Assembly: GCA_964400095.1 (NCBI GenBank)
Contig: CAYNUJ010000001.1
Coordinates: forward strand, 1,770-51,281
Direction of reading: 5' to 3'
DNA from: an uncultured Melioribacteraceae bacterium
Lineage (GTDB): Bacteria > Bacteroidota > Ignavibacteria > Ignavibacteriales > Melioribacteraceae
DNA length: 49,512 nucleotides
Below the pieces are notes generated by a model. That model had not been told where the DNA came from and ran no database searches. It was given only the letters and a program-made list of their open reading frames with translations. Both the position numbers and the translations under genes were made by a program. Positions 28,669 through 36,779 of this stretch are shown here, in pieces; position 1 is the first letter of the stretch, and the number at the start of each line of letters is the position of its first letter.

Positions 28669-29743
28669 TCATTTGAACGCATTCAAGGTCGTAAGGGCAT
28701 TCTTTTTTCCAGCACGGAGCGCAATCCAATCCGGCTGGAATGAGTTTAACGCCTCTGCCGTAAAGTTCAATTTCCTGCCAGCAGCTTAATCCGAACCAGA
28801 CTATCACATATTTTTTAAGCGCAATAGCGAGATGCATTCCGAAAGAATCGCCGGTAATTATTACATCGGGAATGCTTTCGTAGCACGCGCCTCTGCGTAT
28901 TCCTTCGTTAACGGGAGTGTTAATTATTTTTCCCTTGAAGCGTTCTTCCAAAGCCGCGTTTCTTTCTTCGTCTTCCGGTCCGCCGACCAGCAGAATCTTG
29001 AATTTATCGTAAGACAAAAATTTCTCAATCAAAACGGCGTGCTGTTCCAGCGTCATTTTTTTATTCGGAAAGGTATTCGAGCAGCCGGTGTTGAATCCGA
29101 TAATATTATCTTCGGCGGTTATTCCTATTTCTTTTTTATAAGCGTCGATAAACTTCAGTTCCTCTTCTGAAAAATTAAAAATATATTCGTCTTTCCGGTA
29201 ATCGAGTTCGAATGTTTCCGCCAAATATTCCTGTCCGGTTTTTGTGTTCAATTTAAATTTAAGGTTGTCGTCCATCCCGAGAAGATAATTGTATTCCGCG
29301 CCTTTATTCACGGGAATGATCTGCCCCCGCTCGTTTATTCCGAAGCCGAGTTTATGTTTCGCCTCAACGGACGTTAAAACAGCCCCGGATCGCTGGGATT
29401 TGTCCACGTTCATCACATAATCGAATTTCATTTCTTTCAAAACGCTCAACGATTCCGCGCTGTATTCAAAAACTTTATCTATCAGCGGAATGTTTTCAAG
29501 AACGCCGGCGGCGATTTTAAGCGTAATCCAGTAAATTGTCGAGTTCGGGAATTTCCTTTTCAGCGCTGGAAGCTGAGCGGTTGTCATCACAACGTCGCCC
29601 ATAGCGTCCAAGTTGACGATAAGAATCATCGCGCCGAAACCCTCTTTTTCGCCGTCTCTGCAGCCGTTCGTCCAGCAGTCATAATCCGGATAACAGGGTT
29701 TGTAGCCGGTAAACTTTTTGCAATTAGGGATTTTTCTTTCCAT
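28604..29743 (-). CDS. Glycosyltransferase family 9 (heptosyltransferase-like) with a Cys-rich N-terminal extension
   Basis: ILIVNLDAMGDVVMTT, GDSFGMHLA, C-terminal CAPCWKKECPYDLECV. The N-terminus CKKFTGYKPCYPDYDCWTNGC precedes the GT9 core. Confidence 0.8.
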   Translation of the reverse strand: MERKIPNCKKFTGYKPCYPDYDCWTNGCRDGEKEGFGAMILIVNLDAMGDVVMTTAQLPALKRKFPNSTIYWITLKIAAGVLENIPLIDKVFEYSAESLSVLKEMKFDYVMNVDKSQRSGAVLTSVEAKHKLGFGINERGQIIPVNKGAEYNYLLGMDDNLKFKLNTKTGQEYLAETFELDYRKDEYIFNFSEEELKFIDAYKKEIGITAEDNIIGFNTGCSNTFPNKKMTLEQHAVLIEKFLSYDKFKILLVGGPEDEERNAALEERFKGKIINTPVNEGIRRGACYESIPDVIITGDSFGMHLAIALKKYVIVWFGLSCWQEIELYGRGVKLIPAGLDCAPCWKKECPYDLECVQMIDLERIEKETLRYFDEIKKNI

Positions 29744-30800
29744 AGTAAACCTTCGTAAAAAATTCTTTGAATTTAGGAATAACTTCTTCAGCGGATAAAT
29801 TATTAAAATTTTCTTCTTCCGTAATTACCAATTCATATTCCGATTTATAAGGATACCAGACCATATCATCGGTGTTGAATTTGACGTATATACCGAACAT
29901 CGGAACCTCAAAAGCCGACGCCAGATGCACAACGGACGTATCCGGAGTGAACAAAAAATTCAGCTTCGATATTAAAGCCGCAAATATATCAAAACTTTCA
30001 TTCTGAAATATTTTTATTTCGCCGTCGGAAATTATATCGGCTTTATCACGGTCTTTCGAAGCGCATATTAAAAGGGGAACGACGTCAAAATGCTTCGCTT
30101 CTTTAATTAGAAGTTTATACCTTTCCACTCCCCAAAATCTCGCGTCGCTGCCTGCGGAAATATTTATTCCGAATAAATATTTGCCGTTCAAATTCTCTTT
30201 CTCAAAATATTCTTTTAAAAAATCAATTGAACTTTTCATCGGCATGTAGTTTATATTAAACCCGCTCTCCGGTTTGCTCCTTATAAATGGTTCTGCTAAT
30301 TTCAACACTCTTTCAATAATATGCGTTTTGCGGCTGTCCGGTTTGGTGATGAGATGGGAATATATACTTTCGTTGCCTTTTTTGAATCCGACTTTATTTT
30401 TTATTTTCAGCTTTGCGTTAATCATAGTTACGGTTGTCGATATATCGTCGTGAGTATCGATAACCGCTGTGTATTTTTCCATATTCAATCTTCGGATTAG
30501 ATTGCGGGATTTTGTAACTCCTTTTTCCCAAACGAATATTTTATCGGCGTATTTGTTGTTATCGAATACAAAATGATTCTTTTTATCTGCGAGCGCGTGA
30601 ATTTTGCAGTTGGTATTTTCTTTAATTATCTGCAGAAGAGGAGTGGTCACAAGCGCGTCGCCAATTCGATTTAGGCGAATTACTAATATCTTCGATTCTT
30701 CAGTCAATTCGATAGGTTCTGTTTTCTTTTCAGCCTTATTGAAAAATAAGATTGCTTTAAGAATTATTTTTCTTAGAAATATTTCTATTTTCTTTATCAT
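29724..30800 (-). CDS. Glycosyltransferase family 9 protein
   Basis: ILVIRLNRIGDALVTTP and PDTSVVHLASAF are GT9 hallmarks. Confidence 0.8.
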   Translation of the reverse strand: MIKKIEIFLRKIILKAILFFNKAEKKTEPIELTEESKILVIRLNRIGDALVTTPLLQIIKENTNCKIHALADKKNHFVFDNNKYADKIFVWEKGVTKSRNLIRRLNMEKYTAVIDTHDDISTTVTMINAKLKIKNKVGFKKGNESIYSHLITKPDSRKTHIIERVLKLAEPFIRSKPESGFNINYMPMKSSIDFLKEYFEKENLNGKYLFGINISAGSDARFWGVERYKLLIKEAKHFDVVPLLICASKDRDKADIISDGEIKIFQNESFDIFAALISKLNFLFTPDTSVVHLASAFEVPMFGIYVKFNTDDMVWYPYKSEYELVITEEENFNNLSAEEVIPKFKEFFTKVYYGKKNP

Positions 30801-31855
30801 AACAAATTATTCTTCGATAGTAATATTCCAAATTGCTTTTTCACTTTTTCCGGCGGCAATTCCAGAAAGCATTCATGGTTCCTATCGCATTCGAGAAGGT
30901 TGCACTCAATGCAGTCCAATTCGTCCAAACGGACAAATTCATTCGTATCGCCGAAAGGCCCCTGTAAATTGGGATTAGTCGGACCGTGCAGACTCAAAAC
31001 GGGAGTTCCGACCGCCGAAGCAATATGCATCGGACCGCTGTCGTTTGCTATTACCGCCGTGCATTTTTTCAGCAGCGCCGCCATTTGTCTGATGGACGTA
31101 TCGGGCGCGATGGCGGCTTTAGCGCCCAAGATTTTTTTTATTTTATCTGCGTCGCGTTTATCTCCGGGTCCCCAGATAATTAATCCGGTGAAGCCGAATT
31201 CGTCAAAAATTTCCGAAGCGAATTCGGCAAACTTTTCCGGTTCGCATTTTTTGGACTGCCAGCCGCCGCTCGGGGATATTCCTAATACCTTTTTGCCTAA
31301 AAGATCATTTGACTCGAAAAAATTTTGAGCAAATGAAATATCTTCGTCGGTTAAACCTACGTTCAATTTGTCTGTTTTACCCGGAATGTCCAAGCGATTT
31401 AAAAATTCAAGATGAAGCCGAGCGGCGTGATACTTGCCTCTCTCTTCCGGACCGAATAAATTATAAGCGTATTTTCTTCCCTTGTAAGGGAATCCCGCTC
31501 TGAATTTGGCGCCGCTTAAAGCCGTTATCTGCGCGGTAGAAGGATTTGAAAAAAAATCGAAGACGACTTCGTATTTTTCCCTTCTTATCTTGAACGCCAG
31601 TTTGATTCTTTCCTTTATACTTTTTCTATTGAATAGATGGATATGTTTAATAAAAGGAAGATGTTTCATTACCTCGGCGGAAGGCTTTTCGGTCAGCAAA
31701 TCAACATTCGCGTTCGGGAAATAATCAGAGATATTTTCCATAGCCGCCGAAGCGAGTACCACGTCTCCGATGCCGCGTAATTTTATTATCAAAATCTTTT
31801 TAATTGAATTTTTACCGCCGTGTAAGCGTTTAAGTAATTTATTCATTCGTTCCAT
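30797..31855 (-). CDS. Glycosyltransferase family 9 protein (heptosyltransferase-like)
   Basis: ILIIKLRGIGDVVLAS, NDSGPMHIASAVGTP, and the C-terminal CIECNLLECDRNHEC. Confidence 0.85.
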   Translation of the reverse strand: MERMNKLLKRLHGGKNSIKKILIIKLRGIGDVVLASAAMENISDYFPNANVDLLTEKPSAEVMKHLPFIKHIHLFNRKSIKERIKLAFKIRREKYEVVFDFFSNPSTAQITALSGAKFRAGFPYKGRKYAYNLFGPEERGKYHAARLHLEFLNRLDIPGKTDKLNVGLTDEDISFAQNFFESNDLLGKKVLGISPSGGWQSKKCEPEKFAEFASEIFDEFGFTGLIIWGPGDKRDADKIKKILGAKAAIAPDTSIRQMAALLKKCTAVIANDSGPMHIASAVGTPVLSLHGPTNPNLQGPFGDTNEFVRLDELDCIECNLLECDRNHECFLELPPEKVKKQFGILLSKNNLL

Positions 31856-32276
31856 TAATTTCTTTATTCAAATAAACATTTAATCCGGCTAAAAATAGAA
31901 GTATATTCTCCCCGATTTTAAGCAAGCCGACTTTCTGTCCGTTGCGAGCGCCGAAACAGCCGCACTCAATATTTAAATTTCTTATTACCGCAATCGTTAC
32001 CATTACGATAAACAAAAATAATAATGTGTTGAGAATGGCGATATTTTCGCGAACATTAACGTTAAATAACAACAATAATCCGGAGATAAATTCAATCCAG
32101 GGCAGCGTAATTGCGATTAAGTTGATCGTGAAATCCGGAAGTATTCTGTAATTGGAAATTGCGGCGGCAAAACTTTCCGCGTTATTTATTTTTTCCGCGC
32201 CGGCAAAGATAAAAACCAGAGCTACGGAGAGTTGACACAAAACAATAAAATATTTATTCCCGATATATTTATTCAT
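31839..32276 (-). CDS. MauE/DoxX family membrane protein
   Basis: 4 TM segments, FAGAEKI...F...ISNYRILP, and a CGCFG motif. ATG at 32276 (MNKYIGNKYF) is preferred over the longer track ORF. It gives an ATGAATAA overlap with the rhodanese gene stop. Confidence 0.75.
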   Translation of the reverse strand: MNKYIGNKYFIVLCQLSVALVFIFAGAEKINNAESFAAAISNYRILPDFTINLIAITLPWIEFISGLLLLFNVNVRENIAILNTLLFLFIVMVTIAVIRNLNIECGCFGARNGQKVGLLKIGENILLFLAGLNVYLNKEINGTNE

Positions 32277-32775
32277 TCGCAGCCTCAACCGGGTAATCAT
32301 TCTTAGCCCATTTATCAAATCCGCCGGGGTAAACTATTACATATTTAAATCCTTTCTTCATCAATAGGGACGCTAAAATCTTGCTCGCGTCGCAATCCTC
32401 GCCGGAACAGTAAACAACGTACTTCGCGTTTTTATCCAATAAATTTATCTCTTCGTCCAATTCGTCAATTTTATACTCGGGTAAATTTATCGCTTGGGGG
32501 ATATGTCCGTCGGAGTAATCCCATTTATCCCTGCCGTCGATGAATATCGCATCTCCGTTTTGGAATATTTTATAAGCGGTTTCCAGACTTATTGTTTTTA
32601 TTATCAAAGAATCGGCGGATAAATTTTCTGAGAATAAAGAATCGAATCCCGCTACTTCTTCCGACTGTATTTCCTTACGGAGCAGACCGATTCCCTCGAC
32701 GGAGAAATAATTGTACGCCAGCCCGATAAAGGCGGAAACCAGAATTATTTTTATCAGTATTCGTCTATTTATCAT
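32269..32775 (-). CDS. Membrane-anchored rhodanese-like domain protein
   Basis: N-terminal TM, then a rhodanese fold with HIPQAINLP and the loop YCSGEDCDAS. Confidence 0.8.
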   Translation of the reverse strand: MINRRILIKIILVSAFIGLAYNYFSVEGIGLLRKEIQSEEVAGFDSLFSENLSADSLIIKTISLETAYKIFQNGDAIFIDGRDKWDYSDGHIPQAINLPEYKIDELDEEINLLDKNAKYVVYCSGEDCDASKILASLLMKKGFKYVIVYPGGFDKWAKNDYPVEAANE

Positions 32776-33046
32776 TGTTATTGTTAAATCTTAATATTCG
32801 GATAAATTTAATCAACAAATATAATCATTCCGATGCGATTCTACCGCAATCAACAAATTACAATTGAAAATTAAGAATGATTTGGATAGACCGCAGATTA
32901 AACGGATTTACGCGGATAGGAAAATTAATAATGAAGAATAAAAAATTAAGTCGGTTGAAATTCCGACTTTGTTAAATTGGGCAGGTTTTAGATTATCTGA
33001 TTGAGTAGTTGATCATAATTTCCGCTGATTTGATATAAAGTAAGAA

Positions 33047-33102
33047 GGTATAAAGCGGTCATTCTGAGCGATCCCGACTTTGTCGGGAGAAGCGAAGAAT
33101 CT
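33047..33102 (+). repeat. Dispersed repeat: a single GGTATAAA octamer fused to a module 2 unit carrying a CCCGAC/GTCGGG hairpin (copy B)
   Basis: ggtataaagcg gtcattctgagcgat CCCGAC ttt GTCGGG agaagcgaagaatct. Confidence 0.8.
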
Positions 33103-33207
33103 ATTAAGGTAGAACGAAAAACTTTGTTTAAATGAGACTTCCGAAGATATTCTTCTCATTCGCGTAACTTGTCCCTATGTTTTTTATCGGGATTCGTGGC
33201 TTTTTTA

Positions 33208-33303
33208 TTTCACGCAAAGACGCAAAGAAAAAATATCGCAAAGTCCGCAAAGAAAAAAGACTTTGCGCTCTCAGCTTAAATCTTTGCGTTTCTCCGCGTG
33301 AAA
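33208..33303. repeat. Nested-hairpin element built from CGCAAAG/CTTTGCG heptamers
   Basis: Outer stem: TTTCACGC (33208..33215) with GCGTGAAA (33296..33303). Middle stem: ACGCAAAGA (33220..33228) with TCTTTGCGT (33281..33289). Inner stem: CGCAAAGTC (33237..33245) with GACTTTGCG (33259..33267). On the minus strand the inner hairpin is followed by atattttttc. Confidence 0.75.
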
Positions 33304-33375
33304 CTATGCCCTTAATAATTGCATTGTTTATGAAAAAAATTTTTATTAAACTGACAACCGAATTTGAAAACGCAA

Positions 33376-34989
33376 CTATTCCTCTAAAAATTCACAGTTT
33401 TTCGGTATTTCCGGCGGGACGATAACGCTGTTTTCTTTTTGAACGGCTACCTTTCCGGGCGCCATTCCTTTGCTTTTTCTGACATATTTTCTGAATGTAT
33501 AAATCACCGGAACCAATCCCGCGGTTTTAGCTTTGCTGTGATAAGCCGCAAGCGACGCTGCGGTTTTGATTATATTTTTTGGAATTCCTTCTTTCGGATT
33601 ATCTACCCGCAGTACAACATGCGAACCGGGATAACCCCGAGCGTGAAGCCAGTAATCGTTCTGCTTGGCGAATTTAAATGTTAACATGTCGTTATTTTTG
33701 TTGTCCCTGCCGACGAATATATGATACTTGCCTTCGGCGAGATAATGCTTGTATTTTATTTCCGGTTGTTTAATTTTCATTTTCTTCTTACCGCCGAATA
33801 ATTCCTCATATTTTTCGTTTAGTTTATCATGACTAATATCGTTCAGCGAATTCTGCAATTCAATAAGCAAATTAAAATTATTTTCATTAATTGAATAAAG
33901 TTCGGCTGATTTAGCGTACGAGATCTTTTCGTCCCTCGCTTTATCGTAATATTTGTCGATATTTCTCTCGGCATTGAGCTTTGGGTCTAATTTGATAATA
34001 ATTTTCTCGCCGGAATAAAAATCTTCGAGTTCTATTGTTTCGAGTCCCGAACTCATTTTGTTTTTATTCGCGAGGAGTAAATCCGCGTATTTCCGGTATG
34101 GTTCTTCTTGAGAACCTCTATCAATTCGAGCTTTTAAGTCGTTCAGTCTGTTGGATACTTTATGAAGTTCGCGCGATAATTTCGATTCAATATCTTTCTT
34201 CTTCCGGTGATAATCCTTTTCCCTGAATGAAAAAATTGCGAACGCCCGCACGGCTTCGTTGATTGAGTTAAAAGTTGCGATATGTTTTGCGTTTCGGAAA
34301 TAATGAAACGACGACGGATGAATTTTCAATTTGCCGGGTTCCAATTCCGAAATGGATATCTCTCCTTCGAGGGTTTCGTTAATTATTGATTGAACAATAT
34401 CAAATCCCGAAGCGCCGGATAATTCTTTTCGAATATTAAATTCTTCGAGATAATCTTTCCGGAAATAGAATAATTTATCTTTCAGATTTCCGGCGCTGTA
34501 ATCGTCGTATTCAATTGTAAAAGGGGAAAGCGGAGAGATGTAATTCATATCAACTATTTTGTCAATCATCGATTGGTCTTTAACATTTTTGAACGCATAA
34601 TCGTTTGATGAATGCTTATTTCCTTCGGGGAGAAAAAATACGTTCGACAATCCGCCCCAAACGGTAAAGTAGAGATCAAATTTATCGGAGGAAATTTTGA
34701 TTACCCGGTCGCCTTCGGCAATTTTTATACTTGCAATTTTTGAAGGAAGAAACTCATTCCAAAAATTCAACGCATTTTTTTTCGCTTTGCGTCTCTCGCT
34801 TTGCGGTAATGGAAAATTAAATAACGAATCAGTATTTAGAATTAGATGTCTGTATGGTAATTCTTCCGAAGGAATATGCAGATTGAGTTTGTTTTTCTCC
34901 TGCGAATAAATATCCGCGATGGAAGAACCGGTCAACTTCAATGATAATTCTTTAACTCCTCTGAAAAGAAAGAGATAATTTTTAAACAT
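33376..34989 (-). CDS. NFACT-family protein (RqcH / FbpA-like, NFACT-N + coiled coil + NFACT-R/DUF814)
   Basis: 537 aa. The N-terminal domain has the GDRVIKI (DR) motif, followed by a central coiled coil. The C-terminus reads DYWLHARGYPGSHVVLR, the DUF814 signature. Confidence 0.8.
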   Translation of the reverse strand: MFKNYLFLFRGVKELSLKLTGSSIADIYSQEKNKLNLHIPSEELPYRHLILNTDSLFNFPLPQSERRKAKKNALNFWNEFLPSKIASIKIAEGDRVIKISSDKFDLYFTVWGGLSNVFFLPEGNKHSSNDYAFKNVKDQSMIDKIVDMNYISPLSPFTIEYDDYSAGNLKDKLFYFRKDYLEEFNIRKELSGASGFDIVQSIINETLEGEISISELEPGKLKIHPSSFHYFRNAKHIATFNSINEAVRAFAIFSFREKDYHRKKKDIESKLSRELHKVSNRLNDLKARIDRGSQEEPYRKYADLLLANKNKMSSGLETIELEDFYSGEKIIIKLDPKLNAERNIDKYYDKARDEKISYAKSAELYSINENNFNLLIELQNSLNDISHDKLNEKYEELFGGKKKMKIKQPEIKYKHYLAEGKYHIFVGRDNKNNDMLTFKFAKQNDYWLHARGYPGSHVVLRVDNPKEGIPKNIIKTAASLAAYHSKAKTAGLVPVIYTFRKYVRKSKGMAPGKVAVQKENSVIVPPEIPKNCEFLEE

Positions 34990-34993
34990 TTGC

Positions 34994-36262
34994 TTATTCC
35001 TGCATATCTCGCTTAATGCGTTCCTTTCCTGTCGCGCGGAAGATATTGCTCAGCAATTCTTTCCCATTTTCGGAAAGCGTTACGTTTCTCCTTGCCATTA
35101 CAATTTCCGCAGCTTGCAAAAATTTGTCTAATTTGTAAGTCGATAAAGAATCGCTGCCGCCCCATGAAAACGACGGGATATATTTCGGCGGGAAGCCGCT
35201 TCCGTAAATGTTGCATCCGACGCCCGCTACCGTGCCGGTGTTAAACATTGTGTTAATTCCGGTTTTAGAGTGATCGCCCATTATAAGTCCTACAAAAGTC
35301 GATTCCGTGTCAATCAATTCGTCGTTAATTACCGCTTTTACATTCCCGTAGTTGTTTTTCAAATCGCTGTTGTTAGTGTCCGCCCCCAAATTAACCCATT
35401 GGGCTAAATATGTGTGACCGAGGAATCCGTCGTGCTGCTTATTCGAATATGAATGAATGATGCTTTCTTCAACTTCGCCGCCCACTTTGCATACGGGACC
35501 GATGGAAGTATTTTCGTAAATTTTAGCGCCGATTTTAATTTTGGAATTCTTCCCGATATAACATGGACCTTCGAGCGCGGCATTTGGAAAAATTACAGCG
35601 CCGTCGTCAATATAAATTGGTCCGTTTTCCGCGTCGAGAACTACTCCGGGTTTAATTAAAGCCGTCGGCGCGATGTAAATATTATCCGGATTGGTTAAAT
35701 ATACTCCGTCAAAAACTTTACCGAGAATCTTTTCCGGTTCCTCATCCGTTAAAAGCTTAAAATCCTTTTCTATCTCGGAGCCGTTAATGTTTACGAGGTC
35801 CCAAGGATAATTAAATAAATCCGCGGAAATCTTTTCCGCGCGGGTTTTGGAAATTGGCGTAAAATCCAAGTAATCATTTTCAAAAAATAATTCGGGAATA
35901 TTTTTCGAGTTTACATTTGCCGCGATCAGATTGTTGTTTTTGTCATAAAACAGAGTGTCATCGGCAGTTTCAAGGAGAAAATCGAATAATTTATTTTCCG
36001 GAATAACTCTTGAGTTAATGAAGCAAATCCGCGTCTCCTCTTCGGGTATTTGATTCACTAAATACGTCGGATTTCTTTCGGTGTAATCCGCCGCTAAATA
36101 CTTTCTCATTTGAAGTATGAATCTCAGTTCGGGATGCATATTTTGATATTTCTCTTTTATCGTTAATATACCCGATCGCAGTTCAAACACCGGACGAAGA
36201 TAAACCAGCGGATTGAGATTAACGCATTGTTCGTCTTCAAATAAACAAACTATATTGCTCAT
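34994..36262 (-). CDS. GlmU-like sugar nucleotidyltransferase with a left-handed beta-helix (hexapeptide) acyltransferase domain
   Basis: N-terminal LNPLVYLRPVFELRSGILTIKEKY, typical of the alternative bacterial GlmU-type family. C-terminal hexapeptide repeats (IGKNSKIKIGAKIYENTSIGPVCKVGGEV). Confidence 0.7.
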   Translation of the reverse strand: MSNIVCLFEDEQCVNLNPLVYLRPVFELRSGILTIKEKYQNMHPELRFILQMRKYLAADYTERNPTYLVNQIPEEETRICFINSRVIPENKLFDFLLETADDTLFYDKNNNLIAANVNSKNIPELFFENDYLDFTPISKTRAEKISADLFNYPWDLVNINGSEIEKDFKLLTDEEPEKILGKVFDGVYLTNPDNIYIAPTALIKPGVVLDAENGPIYIDDGAVIFPNAALEGPCYIGKNSKIKIGAKIYENTSIGPVCKVGGEVEESIIHSYSNKQHDGFLGHTYLAQWVNLGADTNNSDLKNNYGNVKAVINDELIDTESTFVGLIMGDHSKTGINTMFNTGTVAGVGCNIYGSGFPPKYIPSFSWGGSDSLSTYKLDKFLQAAEIVMARRNVTLSENGKELLSNIFRATGKERIKRDMQE

Positions 36263-36437
36263 ATTCTATTCCAACCAAAAATTAAAATGATATTTAAAGA
36301 TAAAGCAAAGAGAGTAATTTATAAAGGGGGGAGAGAGTGAGGTTGAATTACGAATAGCCGCGAATCCTGATAAAAATGATTTTCTGCTGGTATGGTCTGT
36401 TTTTGGGGAAACATGTGAAAATATAACATAATAATTT

Positions 36438-36779
36438 TTATTTATCATTAATCACTATTTCCAAATCCTTAATTAATTCACTCAAGTTATCTTCAATTAT
36501 TGTCCAAACAATCTCATAGTCAATTCCAAAGTATTCGTGAATAATTCGATTTCTAAAACCCCTTATTCTATTCCATTTAATTTCAGGAGTTTTAGCTCTA
36601 AAATCCGAGTTAATTCTGTTCGCCGCTTCCCCAATAATTTCGAAATTTCTTATTACAGCATCAATAGTTTTTTCGTCTTCCAAAAATAAGTCAAAAGTTA
36701 AACCATTTGTGTAACGTTCGATTTTTAAGGCGGATTCCAGCATATCTTCAAGAAGTAATTTGGTATCTCTTTTAGACAT
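36438..36779 (-). CDS. hepT: HepT-like (DUF86) HEPN ribonuclease toxin
   Basis: 113 aa with the Rx4HxY motif RNRIIHEY. Confidence 0.88.
   Translation of the reverse strand: MSKRDTKLLLEDMLESALKIERYTNGLTFDLFLEDEKTIDAVIRNFEIIGEAANRINSDFRAKTPEIKWNRIRGFRNRIIHEYFGIDYEIVWTIIEDNLSELIKDLEIVINDK

Noticed and set aside
33177-33425. An 82-aa ORF on the plus strand (MFFIGIRGFFISRKDAKKKYRKVRKEKRLCALSLNLCVSPRE...).
   Set aside because: It is the literal translation of the CGCAAAG nested-hairpin repeat. It has no SD, its composition is low-complexity and basic, and it overlaps the 3' end of the NFACT gene. I treat it as non-coding.
36266-36448. A 60-aa minus-strand ORF between hepT and the GlmU-like gene.
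   Set aside because: It overlaps the hepT stop, has an odd composition with no SD, and lies in the probable promoter region of the GlmU-like/NFACT operon.
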